Positions 1 through 12,790 of a stretch of 64,000 nt of DNA are shown here, one piece after another. The stretch's first letter is position 1. Every line of letters starts with the position of its first letter. A program made the position numbers and the translations under genes. The notes under the pieces were generated by a model, which saw only the letters and a list, made by a program, of their open reading frames with translations, did not search any database and was not told the DNA's origin. The DNA comes from Botryllus schlosseri (Eukaryota): assembly GCA_051294905.1 (NCBI GenBank), contig CM119371.1:17300001-17364000 (forward strand), in the 5' to 3' direction.

Positions 1-3000
1 ATGCTGGCCAATTCTGTGCAGATGTGCATTTAGTCGATAGTGACCTGTTTGAAGCCGAATAAGGATAGAGTTTTCACGCTGATTCAGTTCGTGTAGTTGG
101 GAGGTTGCACCGACCAAATTCACCAGGTAAACATATCTGGAGCTCGATTCCTGATCCCGTATCTCCTTTTGCCATTTTGTGCGACAAAAGTCTGATATCA
201 TGGATTTGCATTCGCTAAGCGTCAGCGAAATCTCTTCCATCCCATTGTTGATGATGTTCGCTGCAGCTTTTGCAAGCCTATCCGCCACTCCGTTGTTTAC
301 TATTCCTTTGTGAGCCGGGATCCATATAATTTTTGTGCGGCTGCCGCTTGACGAGAGGCTAGAAATACACTGAATGATGTCATCGATAACCATGTTGCCT
401 TCGTTGAGTCTTTGTTCGATGGCTTTGGTCGCACTTTGCCTGTCTGTAAAAATGGCAATATTTGAGTTTGATGGACAGTTACTGCATGCCCAAAACAGAC
501 TTTCCTTGATGGCGATAAGCTCCGAAGAGTACACACTTTTTAAACTACTCAAGGAAAGATTGAAAGAGACAGCAAGTGTTGGGATGTAGTAGCTGGCACC
601 GCATCCCAGGTCAGTTTTTGAACCGTTAGTATATATAGCCAAATGATGATTGTAGCGGGTAGACATATACTCTTTGCACACAATTCTGATCGCATCGGGG
701 TGTTCGATGTTTAAGGTCTAAGAGCCAAGAGTTAGGTCTACTGAAATTTCCAAAGGAATCCATGGGGGTACGGAAGCGGGTTCAATTCGGGTGAGTTTTA
801 TGTTTCTGAGCGGGTCTATATTAGATATCACATTGAATGTCTTGAAATTTTTCGAGTCTGGAAAAATTTCGTACCAGGAGTGTTGTGTTACCGATAAGCA
901 ATGGTGTCTAGCTTGGCACAATACTGTGCACCGGTATGCGGCGCATGCTTGCAGGTGCCGAAGATGTATCGGTAATTCGTTACAGAAAGTCTGTAGCGTG
1001 ATCGTTGGGGTACTAATCATTGCCCCACAACAGAGCCGAAGAGCAGAGTTTTGTATCTTCTGTATGGTTTGACTGACATACTTCGGTGCTATAAAATATG
1101 GCTCCAATCCATATTCCATCATGGAGCGAATAATGGCTCTATAAAGTAATATCATGCATGACGTAGACGCACCCCGGGATGTGCCTCGCAGACACCGTAG
1201 GATATTCAGGCGCTTACTACATTTTTCAGCTAATTGGCGGGAGTGCTGCCGGTAGGTAAGTCGAGAATCAAACGTGATGTCAAGATACCGGAATTCTCTT
1301 TCGAACTGGATCCGCGACCCATCGAGAAATAGCTCAAAATTTGCGGGCTTGCGCCGTCTCGTGAATAGCATGGCAGCCGATTTGCTCAAGTTCATTTTCA
1401 ATCCCCACTTTTTACACCAATTAGCAACCTTATTCAAGGAGTGCTGTATAATTTGCTGGCGGTCCAACGCATTCAAGTTTGAATCGTAAATACATATATT
1501 GTCTGTGTATAGGTTGACATGACAAGTGACTTCTACGGGTAAGTCATTCATCATATTTGCTAACAAAACTGGGCTTCCTTGTGGTGTGCCATTTGTCGTA
1601 TGGTAAGTATCGGACAGCTGATCTATAATTCTAACTTGAAATGACCGATGATTAAGGAAGGAGTTCAAGCAACGTAACGAACTACCACGAATACCAAGAT
1701 TATGGAGTTTATACACTATTGCTCCCTGCCATACCCTGTCATAGGCTTTTTCCAAATCTAAAAATACCGCTAGGGTATATCTCTTGTTCGAAACGGCCTT
1801 ATAAACTTCATCATGTAGAGAGATAATGCAGTCTCTGGTCCATCTGCAGGGTTGAAAGCCGCAATGAGCAGGGTGCAGGAGGTTGCCAGTTTCCAGACAC
1901 CACCATTCCACCATATACGATTGCATATCAAGCGTTCCATAATTTTACACATATCGCTTGTAAGTGAGATAGGTTTATACGAGGCTGCTTCGGTCGCTAT
2001 TTTGCCGTTTTTAGTATCGGGACCACTAAGGAGTGCTTCCATGATGGTGGACACTCTCCATCAGACCAAATGTTGTTCAGTGCTTGCAACAGTATACGTA
2101 TGGACTGTGGAGGACGATGCTTTTTCATTGCGTGACAGATTTTATCACTTCCGGGTGCAGCACCCTTTCGCTGACGCACAACCCTCATTAGTTCCTCCAT
2201 TGTGAAGGGCGAATTAAATTCATTGTTATGCGTAGTTTCTTGTAGAATCGATGGTAGATTCTCAGATTCGAACGTTGCTCGTCTGGTCTTGAACGACTCG
2301 TCCAAATGTCGATTTGCACTATTTGAGGCAAAGTGACTAGCAAGCTCGTTAGTTATTTGTTTCCTGTCAGTAGCTACATCACGACCGCATTTGAGTGAGT
2401 TGATGTTGTTCCAAGTCCGATTTCTTGATATCGCTCGAATAACGTGCCAGATCTCTTTGATACACTGGCGGTTCGATCGAGTGAGCTGCAAAACGACTGC
2501 CAATAGTTTCTTTTGGCGATTTCGATGGTCTTTCTAGTGGCGGTGCGGCGACGTTTGAAGTTGACGGCATCGTGAATATCGAATGTACGCTTCATTTTAA
2601 GGAACGCTGCCCGTTTTAGCCTGACTGCTTTACAGCACTCCGAGTTCCACCAGCGATCGCTTGGTTTTCTGAAGGGTTTGGTTAGCGGGATGCTAGCGTT
2701 TGCTGCTGCTATTATGGATCGCGAAAGTTCTGCAATCGAAATTGGGGACTCTTCTCTTTCGGAGATCAACATTTGTTCACACATTTGACTGAAGTTGTCT
2801 CAATTAGCTTTCTTCAGCGACCAGGACCTGTGGAAATCATCTGCAACGCTGATTGCGTGATCAAGATGACTCAAGATCACGTAATGGTCGCTGGCAAAAA
2901 GATTTTCCGTGACTACGGTAGTTACTTTCGCCGGCAGGCACTTTGAGGTCACGACTAGATCCAATAGTGAGGTGCGACCCGGGTTCGGAAGAGATAGGTC

Positions 3001-3490
3001 TATTCTAGTTGGCGACGTTGTGTTTAACACGACCATATCGTTCGTATCGATGAAATAATGGCGATGTCTTCCACACGTGTTCATTGAGTTGCTTACCTAG
3101 AGAGGATGGTGGGCATTGAAATCCCCGAGCAATATAAATTTGGGACCGAGGTAGGTAAAGATCTATGCATCAGCGAACGAGATATGTTTCTATTCGGAGG
3201 GATATAGACGTTCATGATTGTTAGACCTGGGATGTTGAGCGCTTGTGCCTCCATTGGGCTTATCTGTTCTATTAGTAATTAAACGTAAGGTATACCGTTT
3301 CTAATAACAAAGCATATGCCACCGCCGTGTATGTTTCGATCTTTTCCTAATAGGGTGTATCCGTGAATTTTCGGTGAATATTTAGTGATAAGATGGGTCT
3401 CCTGCAGGGCAATAAGCTCTGGTTTCGCATGCATGTCTAAAACCTATTTTTTCAGCTCGTTCAATTTTCGGTAAATCCTGCGGCAGTTTC
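1..3490 (-). pseudogene. LINE ORF2 (APE endonuclease-RT-RNase H), frameshifted
   Basis: APE motifs LLGDFNAHH, LLDLVVT, SDHY. RT motifs YKPISLTS, FLDLEKAYD, GTPQGS, with the catalytic YADD decayed to YTDN. RNase H motifs IYTNGSK and WIPAHKG..ADRLAK. Confidence 0.9.
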
Positions 3491-4438
3491 ATTGCATGAT
3501 TTTCAACTTTTCGAATTTTGGTGGTTAAAGTCTCGTTGCGTTAGGTCCATGCCGATTTCACGATGTGTCAGGTTCATGGGTGAAGTATTTTCTACTGCAG
3601 TCGTGACGGTGGTAACTGCGGAGTCAACTTCGTTCACTTGTCGTTCAGCGACGGCATTGGAAGAGTTGCGTTTCCTGCAGACTGTGTTACGATTGCTTCG
3701 ATGTCGATTTGTCTCTTTTCCGTCACACACATCAATGCGTATTTTATAACTTCCCCAATAAATAGTAAGAAATCTTATGTGGCTATTGAGATTTGTTCTG
3801 GATTGCTGGTAGATTGTGAAGGAGTTGTCGTGACCTGGCCGTGTCCTAATTGGGACACGAAAGTGTTACTGTCCGGCGTTACGTTAGCGCTGCGTCTCGG
3901 AATATTCATTTGCGGATGAATATATGTCGGTGAAGGTGCCAAGACTGGGAATTCGTTATACGACCTCACATCAGGAGGTGTCGAGTTTTGCATGATCTGT
4001 TTTCTGGCTTCCCAATAATTGATTTTTCGATTAGCTGCTAGCGCGTTGATCTGAATTTCCTGTCTGTATCGCTTACAACCTCCATGGCCCGCAGAATGAG
4101 TTTCGCCACAGTTGACGCACATATATGTATATTAGTACAATCTTTGTAATTATGACGATCTCCACACTTGGAACATCTGTAAGCCCTGCGGCAAAATTTT
4201 GATCTGTGACCGTACCGATTACAATTGAAACATCTTAAAGGCGGCGGGTTGTATGTTCTGGTACTAAAGAGCATGAACCCGATTTTGACCACGGTAGGAA
4301 TGATTGTTGACGCGAAACAGATCAAAACGGATCGACTCAGTACTGTATCATCATTTGATTTGTATGAAAACCGACGAACAAATATAACATTTTGGTTAGA
4401 CAGTTCCTCTTCAATATCGTTGTCGGATAAGTCTAGAG

Positions 4439-5090
4439 CAGTGGTTCCCAATCTTTTTCGACTCATCGCCCCCTTTTCAAACTCCACAGCGAAAGGACCG
4501 TAACAGCACTTCGTCAGCCTTCCCCCAATACGTTAGTCTTGTTCCCCCCTCCCACGGGGCGATAAAGCAAACTTCTGCACCCCTCAGACCTAACCCCACC
4601 GATACCTCTTTACCGCTACTTCCCAGGAAAAATTTTTGGACCCTCTTGTTCGTTGCAATATTCAAATTCTGTACCACAAGGAACCTATTTAGTGTGACAA
4701 TGGCTGACGCCGAGATGCCCATTTCTACTACTCATGCGTATTATTTCTTGGAGGAAGGGTGTCCAATAAGCAAGAAAAATGACACCACGAAAAGGCGCGC
4801 ACCGCAAAAATTTTGTGAAAAAGTAAATTTCCAAAATAATACTCTATAATTAATGTTAAGTCACGAAAAAAATTGTGGGCCTGATTCGAGCTCGGGCCCC
4901 ATCCCAATTGGCGGTTTCAGTGCGGCAGTTACTGTCATGGACGCCAATATAGCTATTTTGACGCGCCATCGCCCCCCCTATCGCCCCTTTCGTCCGTTTT
5001 CGCCCACCTATCGCCCCTTTGCTATTTTCGACCCCCTGGACCGACAAATCGCCCCCTTGGGGGCGATATCGCTCACGTTGGGAACCACTG
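4439..5090. mobile_element. hAT (Charlie/Buster-like) MITE, family A, inserted in LINE ORF1
   Basis: TIR cagtggttcccaa...ttgggaaccactg; 8-bp TSD gtctagag/gtctagaa. Confidence 0.85.
4494..4939. mobile_element. Internally deleted family-B element nested in the family-A MITE
   Basis: Ends aggaccgtaacagcac / gcggcagttactgtcatg match the ends of copies at 25956-26857 and 59537-61956. Confidence 0.65.
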
Positions 5091-5503
5091 GTCTAGAAGT
5101 ATATCAGTTATGACAGCACATACTTCTGGGGTTTTTGTCTTGTATAATTCAGTTTTGACTTCTATTGGTTTTACCGCAGTGCCAAGGTTATTGCAAGCCA
5201 AAAGTCTTGTCACCTGGTCGTAGTTGTTACATAATACGCTCAAATCTCCGGATGGAAGTATCCTGACCTCCTAATATGCACCACCTAGTACTTGATGAAG
5301 GTTTTTGTTGACAAGAATTGGATTATAAGAGCGAAGCTGTTTAGTCACACCTGTCACTATGACCGACTGATTTCCACCGACCGAATTACTAGATGCAGCC
5401 TCTTTAGAAGCAGGACCAGAGAGTTCCTCTTCAGCGGAGCGCGTATGCACCCCGTTTTTACCTGCCATTAAGGCTCCCTATCTACTGCAGTATCACTATA
5501 CAA

Positions 5504-6121
5504 TAGGGCTGTTCAAAAATAACTTTTTTTCCTGAATCTTGCGGGTTACGTGATTAAATCGTTAGGTTGCCTCAAAAAACGACGCACACCAAATTTGAAT
5601 TCATTCCAACCAATATTTGCGGATTTCGTAGAGTTTGAAAATTTCGAATTTGCCATTGAATGCAAAAAAAATTTTTTTCAAATTTTTCTTCCAACCCCTT
5701 AAAATTGTTGCGCTGTCTTCAAAAACGATGCAAAACAAATTTGACTCAATTCCAAGCCGTAGTAGCGGAGTTATTTGAGTTTTTCGATGACAATTCTTGG
5801 ATTATCCCCCAATCAAGGATAATCCACGAATTACCATCGAAAAAGTCAAATAACTCCGCTTCTGCGGCTTGGAATTGAGTCAAATTTGTTTTGCATCATC
5901 TTTGAAGACAGCGCAACAATTTTATGGGGTTGGAAGAAAAATTTAAAAAAAATTTTTTTTGCATTCATAGGCAAATTCGAAATTTTCAAACTCTACGAAA
6001 TCCGCGAATATTGGTTGGAATGAATTCAAATTTGATGTGCGTCGTTTTTTAAGGCAACCTAACGATTTAATCACGTAACCCGCAAGATTCAGGAAAAAAA
6101 AGTTATTTTTGAACAGCCCTA
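5504..6121. mobile_element. Fold-back (nearly fully palindromic) non-autonomous DNA transposon
   Basis: tagggctgttcaaaaataac...gttatttttgaacagcccta; ~300-bp arms meet near 5810; perfect 8-bp TSD ctatacaa. Related fragments near 8330, 24390 and 59070. Confidence 0.9.
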
Positions 6122-7128
6122 CTATACAAGCAAGAAAAAATAGAACGACCACACCTTATACGAAGTCTCCCAGACTAATCTGCTTTGTGTTCGCGAGGAT
6201 GCCAATCTCCTTGATTGCTGCACGTCCGTCCTCGACGAAGCCCACCACGAGAATCTAAAATAATCCACGATTATGTCTCACGCCATAGATTGTACTAGTC
6301 AACACGATTTTTGTTGACTTTGATCAGACAAATGATTATGACTGACTTTTGGGCGCTGAATTCAAAAATGACTTCCGTTTTTCTCTATCACGTCAAGTGT
6401 CTGGGTTGGGCATCCCCCACATTGCCTCAAAACCCACATAATAGCACCACTTTTAATGTTTTGTGTTTACTGTATATTACGTTTCAAAAACTACAACCAG
6501 TTGAAAGTAAATCATTAGACTTCAAATGAACATTTGCACTGCTTTATTTGGTTGATTTAAACTGATATTGCTTGTACAGGAAAAATAAAGTGCGAGTTTC
6601 AGGGTCCGAATTTACGCTAATAACCCATAATTCTGTAGTTTGTATAGTTTGATACTCGAGCAATAGTCAGCTAACATATGTAAGCTCTAATCTACTCTGG
6701 TATCTTATCCCCATCATCTTCAGATGTTAGGGGACATTTTCTTCTTGACCATCTCTGACTCAAGATTTTCAGAGAAATTATCAAAATATTTTTTTTAATG
6801 TCTGCTGTCCGACAAAAACATATAACAGTGGCAAGGTGTATCAGAGTTGCATGTGCTGTACATCCTTATTGTCTGAATAAAAACTAAGAAAAAACAATAT
6901 TTCAAAGCTGACACATATGATCCAATCGTGATCGCAATATTGCAACAATTCTGTGTTTCTGTATTGTTCTCAATGTTTCTGTGTTATTAACGAAGACTAT
7001 CTAAGTATGCAATTGTTACTTCACCCAAGACGTTGGCATTTTGGAGAATGCCACACTTTACGATCCTTTTTGAGATAGGCCTACATATAGGCATTTGCCA
7101 TTCACTTGAGTTCCAAATTCGGATTCAT

Positions 7129-9621
7129 CAGGGTCGTAACCAAGTCACATGGTCCCGAGGCACGAGTCAATCATACTTTTGTGGTGTTGACTCGACCCGA
7201 GTCGAGAAATTTTCAATTCATCACCGCGTCGAGTCTGAGTTCAAGTCACCGTTTAAAGGGTCAAGTCCGAGTCATAGTGTTATGACTCGAGTCCGAGTCC
7301 AAGTCACAGTATTGATGTCATGTTCGACTTATGTTTTCAATCATGCTTGGGTGATATCGAATTCCTTGCTTGACAAGCATGTTTATTTTGTCCCTATCAT
7401 AGTCTTGGCACATGTTTATTTAGGCAGATAAAGGACAGTTTCTGTCCTCATTTACCGATGCTACAGATAGACGAGACAGGCCACCAATATGATAACTTTA
7501 CTAATCTTAGAACTTTGAAACAAATATCTGTCTTCTCAGTCTGATACATCACAAATACAAGCATTCAGTTTTTATTACGAGAACATCGACGACCGCTCAC
7601 AAATAGCTTATAGAGAATTAACGAATTCACGTCTACATACTATCTGATGGAGAACAAACGAATTCACGTCTAGATACCAGCTGGTAGAGGATCAACAGAT
7701 GCATTTTTCTGTAGAGATACAGTTTTGGTTTCACATTATCAGGTGGTTGACCGAAAAAGGTCAACTTTCCTGCTCAGCTTCCAAAATAGTCACTGGAGCG
7801 TTACTTTAGTGCTGATTTACTGTATCTTAGTCGAATTTGCCTTACATTTGCCAAAATTTCTCAAAAATGAGGACAAAATCTCAAAAAGGAAGCTACTTCT
7901 TAAAATTGTTAGATTTACTGAAAGAATTTAAATTTGGCTCAATTCCAACCAGTATAAAGTAATGTCAAGAGAAATTTTTTCGGATTACTTATAAATAGAG
8001 ACTTCCGAATTTCACCGTCTACCACATGGTATTGGTAGATTGTGTAAAAATATGATTCATAGCAAATATGGCTCAATTCCAACTAGAAGAAGCGAAGTTA
8101 TTGGAGTGGAATATTTTGGATATGAAAAAATAGTCGACTTACTACTAGTATATAATTATAATATATGAAAGAATTTCTCATCAAAAATACTTCATTTATT
8201 TCCAAATCCAAAATTTTCTCCTTTCATATCATTGATTCTACATTTTAAAATTAAGCCAGATTCAGTGTTATTTTTATGCAACATAACAATTTTATCATGT
8301 AGCTACCCAGTAGAATATACAAGAAGTTATTTTTGAATAGCCATATTGTAAAAACATCGCACAATATTAGCCATTTATTATTACTCACGTGAACAATGCA
8401 CATACCTAACTAAACGTCAAATGGACGGAGGGTATTGTGTGTTTTCGCAGACAGCAGATCAAATCAATGAGTTACACTTCAAAAACACTAATGTGGAAAG
8501 GAGATCCGCAGATATGTTAAAGTGGCATGGCTTAGAATGAAATAAATCCACATCCACTGGATACACGCTCCACTGGTGCATTACATGCAGGAATTGAAAA
8601 ACATTTTTGAACCACACTGAAGAGCATTGGATACTCATCCATTCTAGTCGTCCAAAAATGCTGAGAATTATCGCCTTCAAATCTACACATGAGCTTATCA
8701 GTCTCTTCCAAGTACTTGACAATCTGAGTCATTTCATTGGCTCTAATTGAACTTTGCTTCGATTGTTTGATTGTATAATTGAAAAGTCTTGAGTACTTCG
8801 ATTACGGAGAATCTATTACCTCTTCATCACTGGATGATCTTGTACAATGCATTGCTACTATGTACCTGTTTCGACGCGGCGCTCTAGACATCAATGAGTG
8901 CCGATTTAGCAGGCGTCGAATCCTGTCTGCTCAGCTGAATCTGCTCTTGGACTCGCTAACCTTGCGTATCAGTCTTGTATTTCAAACGAATCAAGCAACC
9001 AAAGTCGAATAATACACAACGAGAAATTCAGATTTGCTTTGAGAATACAAAGATGCTAATACAAGCAAGTGAGATTCGCAATAGTGCTCGCTCGTCCGTT
9101 GCTCGATGGTATGGAGGCGTAGACAACGGTAGCGAGGACAATTTATACTAGCGAAAAAAAATACAATTTAAAACAGTAATCAAACAATCAAATCACTAAA
9201 ATCGTACAAATACAATTAGTACAGACACAAAATACAAATAAGGACAGTCGAAAGTCGAACTGATTCCTCTAAAAACGTGAAATAGGACAGTCGAAAGGCG
9301 AACGGATTCCTTTAAAAACGTTATCAAATAAAGGATAGAAAAAACATGCGCAATCGCAAACAGTACCATTGTCTTTCGTTTTTACGGCGGCATATCTGAT
9401 ATCAGACGAGTGCAACGAAAGCAGTGGTGACACGTAGCGATGTCGACAGAATTCGTCAGATGCGCTGATCTAACCATTGCGATTCGCAAATTTCTTCATC
9501 TTCAAGTCATATAAAATAAGCCGAGTCAATGACTTGGGTTGAGTCATGCGTAATGACTCGAGTACAAGTCGAGTCAATCCAAATAGTCGAGTCACAAAAA
9601 AATCGTGTCAGTACAACCCTG
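7129..9621. mobile_element. hAT transposon (gactcgagtc subterminal-repeat family) with transposase remnant
   Basis: TIR cagggtcgta/tacaaccctg; perfect 8-bp TSD ggattcat; subterminal gactcgagtc repeats. Confidence 0.85.
8459..8732 (-). pseudogene. hAT transposase C-terminal dimerisation domain fragment
   Basis: FW..RMDEYPMLFSVVQKCFSIPACNAPVERV then, after a frameshift, ISADLLSTLVFLKCN; matches the hATC pattern. Confidence 0.85.
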
Positions 9622-12194
9622 GGATTCATAACTCCTCCAGTAATTCATTGTGACAGTATCATGCCAATACCAGTATCACGGCAATACAAAAAGCTACCGA
9701 AAGTAGGCCGTCAAAGAAAAGGCTGATTCTCCTGTTCGAAAATGACATATCTTCTCTAACTTGCCATGTAATCTTTTCTCATTTCGTAAGGATGTTAACA
9801 GTTCCAAAGATTTCTATTCCAAGTCCCAAAGCTTATTTCAGTTCAATAACTTTTGTTGATTGACTACTCTACGCTCTAAATCATTTTAGATTTCAAAATC
9901 TACATCATTAAGCCTGCTATCCCTAAGATCTTCATCTTGATCCGAATTATCGAACATATAGCAGTTTAAATTTACACTAGATAAGCTGAATGGACCTATC
10001 GCTGATAGTAAATGTAATGTTTATTTTTCTTGGGATATCCTGCAGTTTGCATCAAATATGTGTGTGACATATCCTCAGATGGTTGCATTCTCGAACCAAA
10101 AATGGGAGAAGGCATCAGCCCATCTTTACCAGTACCTTTTTTCCTAATAATTCAATTGAATCCTGGGCTAGATAACTTATTATACGGTAAAAATGCGGAT
10201 TTTTATATGGTATGGAAAAGTAATATGGCCAAATTCGTGAAAATTTGCATATTTTGGGCATATGCCGTTGAGAAAAAAGTTGACGTGATATAAGAAAGCC
10301 AGTGGCATTGTTTGGAATCAGCACGCCAACATTAGCCTAGATCAAGTGCAAAATCTAAGTCAACAAATTTTTCATTCAAAATTGTTGGCCAGTGTTGTTG
10401 AAAAAAAAACGTTGAGCATGAGAGAATATAAAAAAAAACGTTAAGACTTTGATCAGAGCGTTTTGAAGTAGCTGCCCAAGAATGGGCGTGTCACAGACCA
10501 TAGAACGGCGAGAAGACTATAGTCATCACATAACCACGGTTCTTGATTGGCTGATCGGCTATTCTTCATCGATCACGACAGCGCGCAGCTTGCTGATTTG
10601 ATTAGGTGTTCAAGGAGTCTGCTACCAGCGGGAATTCTGAAAGCGCATTGTTGGTAGGTTGGCAGATGATGATTTAAAATGAATTCAGGACATGTTGAGG
10701 TACGAAATACATGATCAACGAACTCCTTGTTTCAGAAGAGATCCATCATCAGTGAATACAAATACAAAGCTTAACAATTACACTATACGTTGTGTGATCT
10801 GATTGGGCAGTATTTTTCAAGATTTTCCAAATTTTAGACAACCCTAATACACAATATACATTATACACAATACGCATACATAATTCAAGTAATGTTTAAG
10901 ATACATAAAAGGAGTTAGATATGTACTCTTATAGAGTGCTGTTAATAAACAAAAGTTTCACGAAGTTAATAATTTTATTACATTGCCATTAAGACATGAA
11001 ATTGTAAATTTATTTCAAATTCAAGTTTACACTGTTAGAGTGACGGTTGTGCCTGCATACCATTTGCGAGTTTTTCAGTAGCTCGGCTCTCATTCCAATA
11101 TATTCCGAGCCTTCGGTTAAGTATACTCATTGGGCTGAATCCGCCTTCACACGGTCATGTTATTAACAACGGAATAATTCGTCGAACAAAATTTGACATA
11201 GTAAGCTGAGTTGAGTAGGCTACATCGAAGCCCAGCGATAAAGGTGAGGCAGACATGAGGAAAGTCTTCCTGTTATAAAAAAAAAGCTGTGGCAGAATAG
11301 GGATGTGACGGTTGCCCATATATTTCTAAAATCCAGACGGTTTATACACCCTGATTTCCTTCAATACGGCTAATGTCCTAAATCATTCAAGTACAATGAT
11401 GTTGTTGTTGTTGTTGTTGACTTGTTGATCTTGGGACATCAGACAGTGAATCAAAACATACTTATAAGGTACAAAGTCATCTGCTTCGCCAAATAGGCTC
11501 AACCGTGTGTTATGCGCAGGTTGCCTGTTGCGACTGGTTAGCACGACTCGAATTTATTATTTTATGTAATGAACTGAGCCCCTGTTTCAGATGAATAGGC
11601 TACCAATCATTATTTATATACGTTCACTATTGCTAAGGATCAGAGATTTCACGTATATATAGGCTTCGTACATAAGCTAAATTATTAATTGTAAATTTTA
11701 CCGTTATTTTCTTTTCACGCAGCTTCACCGACGTCAAATCAAGATTTACCTCCTCCCCCAATTGCTCCTCGTCCAGTACAGTTTCCACTTGGAACCAGCA
11801 GTACATACCTCGATTCCAGTGACAGCAATTTGACGAATACGCGTAAACCTTGAATACCTATGAATACATTTAGTTCAGAAGGTATTTGACCATCGGGCAA
11901 GCCAATCGGCAACTGCTCTACCCCCTATAAGTCTGTGACATAACAATAAGAACAACAATTGGTTATTCAGAGCAGTGGCTGTGTTGGGATGACTCGAGTC
12001 ATGACTTGACTCGAGTCAGACTCGAGTCACCTTTTTCGTATGTCTGACTTTCGTATGAAATTAACCCTTCATTTAATCAGTGCAAATGTATGCAATTGAT
12101 ATCCAATGTTGGAAACTTCGCTTAATGCTGCCTTTTTGACAACGCGGTTCTATTTAAATTTCTGCAAGGAAAAATTCCGTTAATGACCTCGAAC

Positions 12195-12790
12195 CAGGGT
12201 TCTAACCAAGTCACAAGGCTCCGAGTCACAAGTCAATTTCACTTTTATAATTTTGACTCGAGTCAAGTCGAGTCATTTTCAACTCACCACCGAGTCAAGT
12301 CCGAATCCAAGTCATCGTTCAGAGGGTCGAGTCCGAGTCATGGTATTATGACTCGAGTCGAGTCCAAATCAATACGCTGACTGCTCAGTTCCCAGCTAAA
12401 ATCTTGTTAAACTCACTTTTTATAACTCTGTTTGATGATTTTGAATGGTTTGCATTTATAATATTGTGATTTTCCACACTTTTAGCAGGTTCTGATCGCA
12501 TTCTCACGTGCTAGTACAAATAAACGAAATCCCAATAGGGTGGATACTTTACTATTCTTCGAAATTACGAAAAAATATCGGTCTTGGCCGTCTGCGTCTC
12601 GAGTCATATGACTTGGTTCGAGTCATGCGCAATGACTCGAGTCCAAGTCGAGCCAATACACACATTGACTCGAGTCGAGTCGAGTCATTTCCGAGTTTTG
12701 AGAAAATGACTCGAGTCAAGTCGAGTGATCAGAAAATCGTGACTCGAGTCTGACTCGAGTCGAGACATAACTCGAGTCATTACAGCCCTG
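12195..12790. mobile_element. hAT MITE, gactcgagtc family
   Basis: cagggttctaacc...ttacagccctg; TSD cctcgaac/actcgaac. A truncated end of a related family lies at ~11979. Confidence 0.8.

Larger units (their letters stand above)
3500..5468 (-). pseudogene. LINE ORF1 (gag-like nucleic-acid chaperone), disrupted
   Basis: MAGKNG.. start at 5468. Zinc knuckles PLRCFNCNRYGHRSKFC..RCSKCGDRH and CVNCGETHSAGHGGC (ORFs 4038-4487, 3775-4122). Split by a MITE and a frameshift. Confidence 0.85.
1..6285 (-). mobile_element. Decayed non-LTR retrotransposon, I-group (Nimb/I-like), 3' end runs off the window
   Basis: Minus-strand order is gag-like ORF1 with CCHC knuckles, APE endonuclease, RT, RNase H, with many frameshifts. 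The 5' boundary is approximate. Interrupted by MITEs at 4439-5090 and 5504-6121. Confidence 0.9.
6293..10394 (+). mobile_element. Degenerate Chapaev3-like (CMC) DNA transposon
   Basis: Imperfect ends tactagtcaaca.. / ..aattgttggccagtg with subterminal gctgaattc/gaatcagc. Decayed peptides NNP*FC, AFWRMP and PPVIHCDSIMPIP resemble the Chapaev3 transposase N-terminus. Confidence 0.5.

Noticed and set aside
718..1926. 402-aa ORF as a functional RT gene
   Set aside because: Frameshifted fragment with catalytic YADD changed to YTDN.
10470..10700. Promoter (GC/CCAAT-like boxes)
   Set aside because: Short motifs only, with no supported downstream first exon.
12300..12790. gactcgagtc palindromic arrays as CRISPR or regulatory arrays
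   Set aside because: They are subterminal repeats of TIR/TSD-bounded hAT elements.
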